This document shows, piece by piece, positions 37,932 through 46,973 of a stretch of DNA of 64,000 nucleotides. Each line of letters starts with the position of its first letter. The stretch's first letter is position 1. Position numbers and translations under genes: made by a program. Source of the stretch: Actinomycetes bacterium (lineage in GTDB: Bacteria; Actinomycetota; Actinomycetes; S36-B12); the NCBI GenBank assembly GCA_037130755.1, contig JBAXSI010000018.1, positions 918 through 64,917 on the forward strand, given 5' to 3'. A model generated the notes under the pieces. It did no database searches. It saw nothing but the letters and a program-made list of their open reading frames with translations, and was not told the DNA's origin.

Positions 37932-38323
37932 AGATCGAGGGTCGCATCTTCGCGCTGGGCACGGTCTTCTTCCTCCTGCTCGCGCCGATCTACTGGTTCT
38001 TGTCGCGTGACCCGATCGGCACGACTGCCCTCGCCCTGTGTGGCGGCCTGACGTTCCTGGTGGGCTTCTACCTCCTCTACACGGCCAAGAGGGTCTATCC
38101 ACGACCCGAGGACCGCGAGGACGCCGAGATCGACGAGGCCGATCCGGAGTACGGCTTCTACAGCCCGCACTCGTGGTGGCCTCTGGTCATGGGCTTCGCC
38201 ACCTTCCTGGTCGTGATCGGCCTGATCTTCGCCGTGTGGATCGTGGTGTTCGGCGTCGTCGTCCTCGCGCTCGCGCTCGTGGGCTGGCTGTTCGAGTACT
38301 ACCGGGGCGATTTCGCCGTCTGA
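37928..38323 (+). CDS. ctaF: cytochrome c oxidase subunit IV (actinobacterial CtaF)
   Basis: 131 aa with four TM segments. GTGA overlap with the ctaD stop. Confidence 0.85.
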   Translation: MKIEGRIFALGTVFFLLLAPIYWFLSRDPIGTTALALCGGLTFLVGFYLLYTAKRVYPRPEDREDAEIDEADPEYGFYSPHSWWPLVMGFATFLVVIGLIFAVWIVVFGVVVLALALVGWLFEYYRGDFAV

Positions 38324-38409
38324 CCGCTCTCCGAGCGTGGTTTCGGGGTTTTAGGGGTTGTCGTCGTACCCTGTGTTCTGACGGTTTCCCCTCCCTCTGG
38401 AGTTCTGAC

Positions 38410-39795
38410 GTGGTATTCCCCGCCGGCAGGCTGGTCGTTGGCTTGGGCGTCATCGCCCTCGCCTTGACCGCGTGCGGCCCCGCGGTGACCGCGAACGTCG
38501 ACTTCCAGACCGTCACCCCGTCAGCCCAGTCCCGCGCGAGCGTGGTCGCCGAACCGGCCAGTGCCAAGCGGGTCGACCCCGATCAGCGGATCGTCGTCAA
38601 GGCCAGCGAGGGCCAGCTCTCGTCGGTGACGGTGGTCGGTCCCAAGGGGCCGATGAAGGGGATCATCTCCTCTGACGGCACCATCTGGACGGCGAACAAG
38701 TCATTCCTCGACTACGGCGCGACCTACACCGTCCAGGCCACGGCCGTCGATGCCCGCGGCGTCCCGATCACGCAGACCGGCCAGATCCGCACCAAGAAGC
38801 CCAAGGACTTCTTCAGCGGCTCCGTGCTTCCCGATGCCGGCACGACCGTCGGCTCGGGCACCCCGATCACAGTGACGTTCGACCACCCGATCAAGAACAA
38901 GGCCGACGTCGAACGCGCCCTCGTGGTCCACACGCCCACGCCGATGCTTGGCGCATGGTCCTGGAACAGCGACAGGAGTGCGGAGTTCCGGCCCCGGAAG
39001 TACTGGCCCGGAAACGCCGACATCACCGTTGACCTCAACCTCAAGGGCATCCAGGCCGACAAGGGTGTCTTCGGCAAGGAGAACCGCTCCACGACGTTCC
39101 ACACCGGCCAGCAACTTGTCGTGAAGGTCGATGCGATCAAGCACGCCGCTCGCGTGTACATCGACGGCAAGAAGGTCCGCACGATGCCCATCACCACGGG
39201 CAAGGCCGGCTTCGAGACGAGGTCGGGCACGGTCCTGATCGTGAGCAAGGAGCGGACCCGCATCATGGATGCCGCCACCGGCGGGACGTCGAAGAACGAT
39301 CCCGAGTACTACCGCCTCGAGGTCGAGTACGCCATGCGCATCACGTACTCGGGTGAGTTCCTGCACGCGGCTCCGTGGTCGGTGGGCTCGCAGGGGTTCG
39401 CAAACGTCAGTCACGGCTGCATCGGCATGAGCACCGCGAACGCCGCGTGGCTGTACAGCCAGGTCATCCCGGGCGATCCGGTCGAGATCACGGGCACCCC
39501 GATCCCGCAGAACCTCGGCAACGGCATCACTGCCTGGACGGAGACGTGGGACGAGTGGCTGGCGGGGTCCAAGGCCGGTCCGGTCAAGACGGTCCCGCCT
39601 GTCGGAACGCCGGTAGTGACCGACCCGTGGGCGACCAGCCCGACGGTCCCCGGCACCACGCCCAGCGTTCCCGGCACCACGCCGACCGACCCCAGCACGA
39701 CGCCGGCCTCGCCCGGACTGCCCGCGGACACTGCCCCGAGCGCACCCGCGTCCTCCGCGCCGGTGGTCACCCAGCAGACGAGCTTCGGCCGCTGA
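38410..39795 (+). CDS. L,D-transpeptidase lipoprotein (YkuD domain, LdtMt2-like)
   Basis: In-frame GTG at 38410, 461 aa. Lipobox LALTAC, Ig-like N-terminal domains, catalytic motif FANVSHGCIGMS. Pro/Thr-rich C-terminal tail. Confidence 0.85.
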   Translation: MVFPAGRLVVGLGVIALALTACGPAVTANVDFQTVTPSAQSRASVVAEPASAKRVDPDQRIVVKASEGQLSSVTVVGPKGPMKGIISSDGTIWTANKSFLDYGATYTVQATAVDARGVPITQTGQIRTKKPKDFFSGSVLPDAGTTVGSGTPITVTFDHPIKNKADVERALVVHTPTPMLGAWSWNSDRSAEFRPRKYWPGNADITVDLNLKGIQADKGVFGKENRSTTFHTGQQLVVKVDAIKHAARVYIDGKKVRTMPITTGKAGFETRSGTVLIVSKERTRIMDAATGGTSKNDPEYYRLEVEYAMRITYSGEFLHAAPWSVGSQGFANVSHGCIGMSTANAAWLYSQVIPGDPVEITGTPIPQNLGNGITAWTETWDEWLAGSKAGPVKTVPPVGTPVVTDPWATSPTVPGTTPSVPGTTPTDPSTTPASPGLPADTAPSAPASSAPVVTQQTSFGR

Positions 39796-39805
39796 TCGCG
39801 CGCCA

Positions 39806-40435
39806 GTGAACGCCGCTGCCGCAGCGGGAGTCGGTGAGCTGCCGGCCGGATCGCTGTCGGTATGGCTCGGGGAGATCGGGCGTGCGCTGGCGTCGGGGGA
39901 GGCGTCCGAGGTCCCCTGCGGCACGTGCACCGCCTGCTGCTCGGCTGCCCAGTTCGTCCATGTCGGGCCGGACGAGGTGGAGGCCCGTGCGAGCATCCCC
40001 GACGAGCTGCTCTTCCCCGCTCCGGGGCTGCCGGACGGGCATCAGCTGCTCGGCTACGACGAGCAGGGGCGGTGCCCGCTGCTGGGGGACGCGGGCTGCA
40101 CCATCTACCCGACCCGGCCGCGAGCCTGCCGGGTCTATGACTGCCGGGTATTCGCGGCCACCGGGGTGCTGCCCGACGAGCCGGCCAAGGCCCCGATCGC
40201 CCAGCGCGCGCGGTCGTGGCGGTTCGCGGTGAACACCCCGGCTGAGCAGGCCCAGTGGGAGGCCTTGCACGCTGCCGCTGACTTCGTCTCCGCGCTGCCG
40301 GAAGCCGCGGCCGCCGGACCCACGGCGCAAGCGCTGGCCGCGCTCAGGGTGCATGGGCTGTTCATGGGGGGCGAGGGCCCGCGCGTACCCGATCCGGCCG
40401 AGGTACGGGCAGCCCTGGCCGACCCTGGCTCCTGA
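39806..40435 (+). CDS. YkgJ-family (UPF0153) cysteine-cluster protein
   Basis: 209 aa with CGTCTACC and a second cluster CPLLGDAGCTIYPTRPRACRVYDC. Confidence 0.75.
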   Translation: MNAAAAAGVGELPAGSLSVWLGEIGRALASGEASEVPCGTCTACCSAAQFVHVGPDEVEARASIPDELLFPAPGLPDGHQLLGYDEQGRCPLLGDAGCTIYPTRPRACRVYDCRVFAATGVLPDEPAKAPIAQRARSWRFAVNTPAEQAQWEALHAAADFVSALPEAAAAGPTAQALAALRVHGLFMGGEGPRVPDPAEVRAALADPGS

Positions 40436-40547
40436 CCCCGCCGTCGCAGGGCGCCGCTACCGAAATCACGGGATGGCTTTGAACTTAGGCTGCCCTTAGT
40501 CTTAGACGCTGGCCGGGACCTCGGCTGGCTACTACGGGGAGGCCAGC

Positions 40548-41216
40548 ATGACCGCACATCACCCAGACAATGGACGTACCGCCCGCAGGTGGCTCGTGCC
40601 GCTCTTCGCCGGAGCCGTCGCGGTGGCCGCCACGGCGTCCGTCGCTATCGGCGCCACGGCGTCGGCCGGGGTCAGCGCATCGCACCAGCAGGCCGTCGTG
40701 GCGAAGAAGGATGTCCTGGAGACAGAGTCGTCCCAGGTGGGCAAGATCTTGGTCGATAAGTTGGGCCGCACGGTCTACCTGTTCATGGCCGACAAGCCAG
40801 GCGTCTCCAACTGCACCGGCCAGTGCCTGGTCTACTGGCCCGCCGTGGTGGCGCCCAAGACACTGCCGAAGTCCCTACCGGGGATCACCGGAAAGCTCGG
40901 CGTGATCAAGCGCACCGACAACGGTGTCCGGCAGTTGACCATCAACGGGTGGCCGCTGTACCTGTACGCCGGCGACACCGCCCCCGGGCAGATCAACGGC
41001 CAGGGTTCCAACGGCGGCGGTGCCCTGTGGTGGGTGGTCAAGCCGAACGGCAAGAAGATCACGACGATCGTCGTGAAGCCGTCCGCGACGCCAACGCCTT
41101 CCGCGTCAGCGTCATCGTCAGCATCAGCGTCATCGTCAGCATCTGCGTCGTCCTCGTCCTCGTCCTCGCCCGAGGCCGAGCACCCGTCGGCGTCACCCTC
41201 CGCGTCGCACACCTAG
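40548..41216 (+). CDS. secreted COG4315-type repeat protein with Ser/Ala-rich tail
   Basis: 222 aa with an RRWLV signal region. Two repeats of the G..LVD..GRTVYLF / GWPLYLYAGD type, with a CTGQC pair. Low-complexity C-terminus. Confidence 0.7.
   Translation: MTAHHPDNGRTARRWLVPLFAGAVAVAATASVAIGATASAGVSASHQQAVVAKKDVLETESSQVGKILVDKLGRTVYLFMADKPGVSNCTGQCLVYWPAVVAPKTLPKSLPGITGKLGVIKRTDNGVRQLTINGWPLYLYAGDTAPGQINGQGSNGGGALWWVVKPNGKKITTIVVKPSATPTPSASASSSASASSSASASSSSSSSPEAEHPSASPSASHT
41108..41167 (+). repeat. coding micro/minisatellite (18-nt unit x2 perfect, then gtcctc x3)
   Basis: agcgtcatcgtcagcatc occurs at 41108..41125 and again at 41126..41143. It is followed by tcctcgtcctcgtcctcg and encodes SASSSASASSSASASSSSSSS. 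Confidence 0.85.
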
Positions 41217-41241
41217 ACCCGGCAGCACGCCTGTTCGGTCA

Positions 41242-41272
41242 GGGGGGTCCGCCAGGTCGTTGGCGGCCCCCC
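41242..41272. terminator. GC-rich hairpin between convergent genes (candidate bidirectional terminator)
   Basis: ggggggtccgcc-aggtcgtt-ggcggcccccc gives an 11-bp stem with one bulged t. Lies between the stop at 41216 (+) and the stop at 41273 (-). Confidence 0.5.
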
Positions 41273-42109
41273 TCACCGATGCAGGGTGAACCGATCCACC
41301 ACCCGTCCTGACGCGGTCCGGAACTCCCCGCGCAGGGTGGTCCGGCTCGGCCGCAGCACCAGTGCTCCGTAGTGGACGTCGTCCCGGGCCGTCGAGCCGG
41401 GCAGCGGGCTGCCAAGCCGGTAGAGGTCCTTGCCCCCGGCCCCGTCGACCACGTAGGTCAGCCCGGCCTCGACGAGCCGCTCGTAGTTGTGCTCATGCCC
41501 GGCGAGCACCAGGTCCGCCCCCCAGCTCCCATACGGCCACTGGAACGCTCGTGTGGAGCCGTGAACGGTCCCGGAGGAATAGGGCGGGTGATGCAGGACG
41601 ACGACGCGCCAGCGGGCTCCAGAGGTCTTCAGGGCGGATTTGAGCCAGGTGCGCTGGCGGGCGAGCTCGGTGGGGGAGTCGAGGGCGGCCTGGCTGTCGA
41701 GGACGAAGAACGTGATGTCCCCGACCGTTGTGGCGTAGGTGCGACGCCCTTTCAGCCAGGTGAAGTACGTGTCGAAGTTCGAGATCCCCTCGGCATAGTC
41801 ATGGTTGCCGGTGGCCGGAAACAGCCGCTGGGCAGTGACCCACGGCCGGTAGTAGGCGCCCACGAGGGTGGCGTAACCGGCGCTGGCGTACACGTTGTCG
41901 CCGGTGGTGACGACGGTTCCTGGCCGAAGGCGGGCGATCATGCGGGCCACCTCGCCCTCCGCTGGCGCCCCGGAACCGAAGTCCCCGATCACCGCGATCA
42001 CGCCGGGCTGGCCCGTGGCAGCGGCGGCCGGTCCGGGGGCGGCGAATGTCGCCGCAGCGATGATCGCCGCCGCCAGGGCGAGGGGACGAAGGCGCGTGGC
42101 CGGGCTCAT
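41273..42109 (-). CDS. secreted metallophosphoesterase
   Basis: Trimmed to the ATG at 42109 (MSPATRLRPLALAAAIIAAATFAAPGPAAA...), 278 aa. Motifs GDFG, TGDNVY, GNHD, GHEHNYER. Confidence 0.85.
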   Translation of the reverse strand: MSPATRLRPLALAAAIIAAATFAAPGPAAAATGQPGVIAVIGDFGSGAPAEGEVARMIARLRPGTVVTTGDNVYASAGYATLVGAYYRPWVTAQRLFPATGNHDYAEGISNFDTYFTWLKGRRTYATTVGDITFFVLDSQAALDSPTELARQRTWLKSALKTSGARWRVVVLHHPPYSSGTVHGSTRAFQWPYGSWGADLVLAGHEHNYERLVEAGLTYVVDGAGGKDLYRLGSPLPGSTARDDVHYGALVLRPSRTTLRGEFRTASGRVVDRFTLHR

Positions 42110-42168
42110 GCCCTGATCCTCCAACGACGAGGGCCCGGCGCTGTGCGCCGGGCCCTCGTCCACGATCG

Positions 42169-43911
42169 TCAGTGCTCGCGGTTCTCCGCGAGCTGCTCGG
42201 CGTTCGTCTCGGCCATGCCCGGGTGGTGGAGGACCCCACCATGCAGCCTGCGGAGCTCGTCGGCGTCCTCGTACTCGTGCAGGGGTGCCTCGAGAGCCGC
42301 GTCGTGGGCCGCATGGTGCTGCCCCGCCTCAATCTCCTCAGCGGAGGGCATCGTGACGTTGTCGGCGTAGAAGAAGGTGCTGAGCTTGTGCCGCCACGAC
42401 TGCGAGCGGAACTTCGGGTTGCGAACGCCGTCGGCGTCCGTGGCCTGCGGTTCGGGCAGCGGCACGTGGTCGGTCTTCGAGGTGATGACCGCGAGGTCCT
42501 TGACCGGCAGTGGCTCGTGCACCTCGATGAACTCGCCGTGCGGCAGGCGCAGGACGCGGCCGGACTCGTAGCCGTGCAGCAGTTTGTCGCGGTCCTTGCG
42601 CTGGAGCCCGAGGCAGATGCGCTTGGTGACGATGAAGACGATCGGCGGGAACACGAAGAGTGCCACGCGCAGGAACCAGGTGATCGCGTTGATCGACAGG
42701 TCGAACGCCTGCGCGATGATGTCGTTCGCGCCACCGATCCACAGCAGGCAGTAGAACGTGATCGCCATCATGCCGATGCCGGTGCGAACGGGTGCGTTGC
42801 GCGGCCGATCGAGCAGGTTGTGCTCGCGGGTGTCGCCGGTGACCCAGGACTCGATGAACGGGTAGAGCGCCAGCACCGTGAAGATGATGCCCGGCAGGAT
42901 CATCGCCGGGATCATGATGTTCCAGGAGATGGTGATGCCCCAGAACGACGATTCCCAGTTGGGCATTACGCGCAGGGCTCCGTCGAGGAACCCGATGTAC
43001 CAGTCGGGCTGCGAGCCCGCCGACACTTGGTCGGGCGTGAACGGTCCGAACAGCCAGATCGGGTTGATCGTGACGAGGCCACCGACCAGGCCGATGACGC
43101 CGAAGACGATGAAGAAGAAGCCGCCGGCCTTGGCCATGTAGATCGGCATCAACGGGTAGCCCACGACGTTGTCGTTGGTGCGGCCGGGTCCGGGGAACTG
43201 AGTGTGCTTCTGCGTCCACACGAGCATGAGGTGTGCGGTGACCAGCGCCAGGATCAGGCCGGGGATGAGCAGGATGTGGACCGAGTACAGCCGGGAGATG
43301 AAGTCGGTGCCCGGGAACTCGCCGCCGAACAGCAGGAACGCCATCCACGTGCCGATGATCGGCGCGGCCTGCATGATGCCGCGGGCGATCTGCAGGCCCG
43401 TGCCGGAAAGCAGGTCGTCGGGGAGGGAGTAGCCGGAGAAGCCGGCCAGCAGGGCCAGGCCGGTGAGGGCCACGCCGATGAGCCAGTTGAACTCGCGCGG
43501 CTTGCGGAAGGCGCCGGTGAAGAACACCCGGAACATGTGCACGGCCATCGCCGCCACGAAGATCAGGGCCGCCCAGTGGTGCATCTGGCGCAGGAGCATG
43601 CCGCCGCGAATGTCGAACGAGATGTTCATGGCCGATGCATAGGCCTCGGACATCTTGATGCCCTTGAGGGGCACGTACGAGCCGTCGTAGACGACCTCGA
43701 CCATGGACGGCTTGAACCACAGGGTCAAGAAGACGCCGGTCAGGAGCACCACGATGAAGCTGTACAGCGCGATCTCGCCGAGCATGAACGACCAGTGGTC
43801 AGGGAAGACCTTGCCGAGGTTGCGGGCAAGGAACTTGTTGCTTCCCATTCGCTTGTCGACGTACGTCGCCGTGGCCCCGCCGGCCCGCTCGACATGACTA
43901 GGGGTGCTCAT
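42169..43911 (-). CDS. qcrB: cytochrome bc1 complex cytochrome b subunit
   Basis: 580 aa with cytochrome b N- and C-terminal blocks (MHHWAALIFVAAMAVHMFRVFFTGAFRKPRE). ATGA overlap with qcrA. Confidence 0.95.
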   Translation of the reverse strand: MSTPSHVERAGGATATYVDKRMGSNKFLARNLGKVFPDHWSFMLGEIALYSFIVVLLTGVFLTLWFKPSMVEVVYDGSYVPLKGIKMSEAYASAMNISFDIRGGMLLRQMHHWAALIFVAAMAVHMFRVFFTGAFRKPREFNWLIGVALTGLALLAGFSGYSLPDDLLSGTGLQIARGIMQAAPIIGTWMAFLLFGGEFPGTDFISRLYSVHILLIPGLILALVTAHLMLVWTQKHTQFPGPGRTNDNVVGYPLMPIYMAKAGGFFFIVFGVIGLVGGLVTINPIWLFGPFTPDQVSAGSQPDWYIGFLDGALRVMPNWESSFWGITISWNIMIPAMILPGIIFTVLALYPFIESWVTGDTREHNLLDRPRNAPVRTGIGMMAITFYCLLWIGGANDIIAQAFDLSINAITWFLRVALFVFPPIVFIVTKRICLGLQRKDRDKLLHGYESGRVLRLPHGEFIEVHEPLPVKDLAVITSKTDHVPLPEPQATDADGVRNPKFRSQSWRHKLSTFFYADNVTMPSAEEIEAGQHHAAHDAALEAPLHEYEDADELRRLHGGVLHHPGMAETNAEQLAENREH

Positions 43912-44954
43912 CCGCGCTCCCAGAAACTCGGTCCGACAGGTTCAGCGAAGTCCGACGTCGCGACAAGGTAGCCCTCGGCGTCGACACCGATCGGCAACTG
44001 GGGCATGCGCCGGGCGGCCGGTCCGAAGACCACGTTGCCGGCATCGGCCAGGTCGAACGTTGACTGGTGGCACGGGCACAGCAGGTGGTGCGTGCGCTGC
44101 TCATACAACGAGATCGGGCAGCCCACGTGGGTGCAGATCTTCGAGTAGGCCAAGATCCCCTGGTAGTCCCAGCCGTCGCCTTGCTGCGCGCGGATCTCGT
44201 CGGGCTGCATGCGCACGAGGATGATCGCGGCCTTGCCGCGGGCGTTGAGGTTGCCCTGTGCCTCCTGCACCTCCGGCAGGTCCGCGGGGACAGCGTTGAT
44301 CAGGCCGCCGACGGGAAGGTCCTCGGGCTTGATCGGCTTGTAGGTGCCGTCGGACACGATGCGGCTGCCCTTGGTCCACAGGGTCGTGGACAGGATTTCG
44401 GCGGGGGACTTGCCCTCCTCAGCGGGCGTGGGCACCCAGAGGTCCTTCAGCAGCACGATCAACGGGATCGGGAAGAGGACCATCGCGGCGATCATCGTGC
44501 GGCGGATCATCTTGAACCGCGCGAAGCCGGACTCCTCCTTGCCGCGTTCGTAGTTCGCCTCGGCCTCGGCAGTGTCGTCAGCGGGGGACACCTGATCGTG
44601 CCGGTACTGGACGACCTCGACGTCGGGCATGAGCTTCTTGGCCCACTGGATCGCGCCGGCGCCGATGAGGAACACCGAGGCGCCGAAGGTGATGCCGAGC
44701 GCGATGTTGATCGCACTGGTCTCGCCGATGACCGGGATGTAGATCGTCAGGCTCGGGTCGATCGCCACGTAGGCGGCCACGAACAGGACGACGAAGAGCA
44801 CCGACAGCAAGAACATCGAGGCGACCTGGCGCTCGGCGCGCTTGGCCATCTTCGGGTCCGTGTCGGTCGCCCGCAGCTTGTGCGGCACGTCCGCCACCGG
44901 GGAGTGTCCGAGGGCGACCTGCTGGTCGTGGTCGGGTGAGGAGATTTCGGTCAT
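43908..44954 (-). CDS. qcrA: cytochrome bc1 complex Rieske iron-sulfur subunit
   Basis: 348 aa with three N-terminal TM helices and Rieske motifs CTHVGCP ... CPCHQS. Confidence 0.95.
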   Translation of the reverse strand: MTEISSPDHDQQVALGHSPVADVPHKLRATDTDPKMAKRAERQVASMFLLSVLFVVLFVAAYVAIDPSLTIYIPVIGETSAINIALGITFGASVFLIGAGAIQWAKKLMPDVEVVQYRHDQVSPADDTAEAEANYERGKEESGFARFKMIRRTMIAAMVLFPIPLIVLLKDLWVPTPAEEGKSPAEILSTTLWTKGSRIVSDGTYKPIKPEDLPVGGLINAVPADLPEVQEAQGNLNARGKAAIILVRMQPDEIRAQQGDGWDYQGILAYSKICTHVGCPISLYEQRTHHLLCPCHQSTFDLADAGNVVFGPAARRMPQLPIGVDAEGYLVATSDFAEPVGPSFWERG

Positions 44955-45745
44955 CGCGACTTGATTCCGATCCAGACGGCCGCCGCCAGGAGGACAGCGA
45001 ACACTGCGGTGACGAGGAAGACACCCTCAGTGACCGGGCCGATGCGGCCCAGGCTCAGGCCGCCGGGGTTCGGCAGTGTCTGGAGGGTCGTTATGTACTT
45101 GATGATGTGCTGCTTGTCCTCGGAGTTCAGTGTGGCGTCACCGAAGACCGGCATGTTCTGCGGGCCGGTCAGCATCGCCATGTAGATGGTCTTGGGTCGG
45201 GACTGCATGAGGTTGGGTGCGTACTTGCCCTGGGTCAGTGCCCCGCCCTGGCCGGCGGCCTGATGGCACTGCGAGCAGTTGATCCGGAACAGCTCGCCGC
45301 CCAGTGCCGCGTCAGCGTTGGTCGGGTCGTACTGCTCGGCGGTGGGGATGGCCGGACCGGGAGCCAGCGAGGCGATGTACGCCGCCATCTGGCTGGTCTC
45401 CTCGTCGGTGTACAGCGCCCGATCGCGCGCCGGCGCCTGCGCTCCGGGTGCGGCCAACGGCATGCGGCCGGTGGAGACCTGGAACGCCACTCCCGCGGCA
45501 CCGACGCCGATGAGTGACGGGCCGGTCTCGGTGCCCTGTGCGGCAAGGCCGTGGCAGGAGGAGCAGCCCTCGAGGTACAGCTTCTTGCCCGCCTCAACCT
45601 GGGTCTCACTGCCGACGGTGATCGCCGCGTTGGCGGGCTGGATGCTCGCGATGGCGGCGTAGCCGCCGCCGACGACCGTCAGCGCGCCGATCAACAACAG
45701 GGTTGCCACGATCGGGTTTCGCCGTCGGGCGGCCAGGAACTTCAC
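44951..45745 (-). CDS. qcrC: cytochrome bc1 complex dihaem cytochrome c subunit
   Basis: 264 aa with two CxxCH motifs (CSSCH, CSQCH) and a C-terminal TM anchor. Confidence 0.93.
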   Translation of the reverse strand: MKFLAARRRNPIVATLLLIGALTVVGGGYAAIASIQPANAAITVGSETQVEAGKKLYLEGCSSCHGLAAQGTETGPSLIGVGAAGVAFQVSTGRMPLAAPGAQAPARDRALYTDEETSQMAAYIASLAPGPAIPTAEQYDPTNADAALGGELFRINCSQCHQAAGQGGALTQGKYAPNLMQSRPKTIYMAMLTGPQNMPVFGDATLNSEDKQHIIKYITTLQTLPNPGGLSLGRIGPVTEGVFLVTAVFAVLLAAAVWIGIKSR

Positions 45746-45802
45746 TGTCGCTGAACCTCTCTGGTCGTGAGATGGAACCGGTCGGGCTTTTGCGGGGAAG
45801 CG

Positions 45803-46408
45803 CTACTTGAGGATGTAGATCATGAAGAACAGGGCGATCCACACGACGTCGACGAAGTGCCAGTAATACGACGTGACGATGGCGCGCGTCGCCTGGTCGT
45901 GCGTGAAGCGCTTGGTCACGTACGTGGTGGCGAGAACGAACAGGAAGGCGATCAGGCCGCCACTGACGTGAAGTCCGTGGAAGCCGGTCGTCAGGTAGAA
46001 CGCCGAGCCGTAGGCGTTCGAGTCCAGCCGCAGGCCCTCGTTGACGAGGCTGGCGTACTCGGTGACCTGGCCGGCGATGAAGATCGCGCCCATGAAGAAG
46101 GTGATGATGAACCAGCGACGCAGACCCTTGACGTCGCCACGCTCCGCGGCGAACACGCCCAGCTGGCAGGTCACCGAGGACAGGACCAGGACGGTGGTGT
46201 TGACGGCCGCGAAGGGAATGTTGAGCTTGGCCGTCTCCTCGGCCCACATCTCCGGGTTCACCGCCCGGAGCGTGAAGTACATCGCGAACAGCGCCGCGAA
46301 GAACATGAGCTCGCTCGACAGCCACACGATGGTGCCGATGGCAACCATGTTCGGACGGTTTGCCGGGGCGTGCGTGTAGGCCTGGGGGACGGTAGTTGCG
46401 TTCGCCAC
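45803..46408 (-). CDS. ctaE: cytochrome c oxidase subunit III
   Basis: 201 aa with five TM segments and YWHFVDVVW near the C-terminus. Confidence 0.93.
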   Translation of the reverse strand: MANATTVPQAYTHAPANRPNMVAIGTIVWLSSELMFFAALFAMYFTLRAVNPEMWAEETAKLNIPFAAVNTTVLVLSSVTCQLGVFAAERGDVKGLRRWFIITFFMGAIFIAGQVTEYASLVNEGLRLDSNAYGSAFYLTTGFHGLHVSGGLIAFLFVLATTYVTKRFTHDQATRAIVTSYYWHFVDVVWIALFFMIYILK

Positions 46409-46510
46409 GGGGGGAGTCTGGCAGATCAGGCGGCAGGATTCAGCGTGACCCCCCGACCTTTTCCACAGTTTGTCGCGGACGGAATCCGGGGGGTTCGATC
46501 AGGGGAGGCC

Positions 46511-46966
46511 ATGATGGCTAGAGTTTGGCCCGTGGCACACGACAACACCTCCGCCTCAGCGCCTGATCCCGTCCTGAATGTCCTCATCTACAGCGACGAC
46601 CGGACGGTCCGCCAGCAGGTCCGCCAGGCTCTCGGCAGTCGGCCGGCTCCCGAGCTGCCGGCAGCCCACTATGTAGAGGTAGCCACCGAGCCCTACGTGC
46701 TCGCCGAGGTCAACCACGCGGCATTCGACCTGCTCATCCTGGACGGCGAGGCCGTCCCGGCGGGCGGGATGGGCATCTGCCGGCAGTTGAAGGACGAGGT
46801 GTACAACTGCCCGCCCGTCCTCCTGCTCGTCGGCCGGCCGCAGGATGCCTGGCTGGCGACCTGGTCGCGCGCGGACGCCGTGGTCGCCCACCCGCTCGAC
46901 GCGATCGCCGTGGCCAACGCCGCGGCAGGGCTGCTGCGTCGTCGGGTCGCTGTCGCCCCGGCCTAG
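46511..46966 (+). CDS. stand-alone CheY-like receiver-fold protein (atypical)
   Basis: ATG at 46511 after aggggagg, 151 aa. Contains VLIYSDD, DLLILDGEA, PVLLLVGR and AHPLD (the canonical T and K positions appear substituted). Confidence 0.6.
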   Translation: MMARVWPVAHDNTSASAPDPVLNVLIYSDDRTVRQQVRQALGSRPAPELPAAHYVEVATEPYVLAEVNHAAFDLLILDGEAVPAGGMGICRQLKDEVYNCPPVLLLVGRPQDAWLATWSRADAVVAHPLDAIAVANAAAGLLRRRVAVAPA

Positions 46967-46973
46967 GCCGAAG

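Noticed and set aside
39590-39780. Repetitive Pro/Thr-coding DNA (cccggcaccacgcc units) at the 3' end of the L,D-transpeptidase gene as a possible non-coding repeat array
   Set aside because: It is in frame with the transpeptidase ORF and encodes a typical low-complexity PT linker/tail.
38701-39996. 431-aa minus-strand ORF, and similar long antisense ORFs (42172..43971, 41372..42370, 36069..37571, 43971-region frames)
   Set aside because: They are antisense to clearly identified genes (ldt, qcrB, the metallophosphoesterase, ctaD). Their composition is that of GC-rich off-frame translation.
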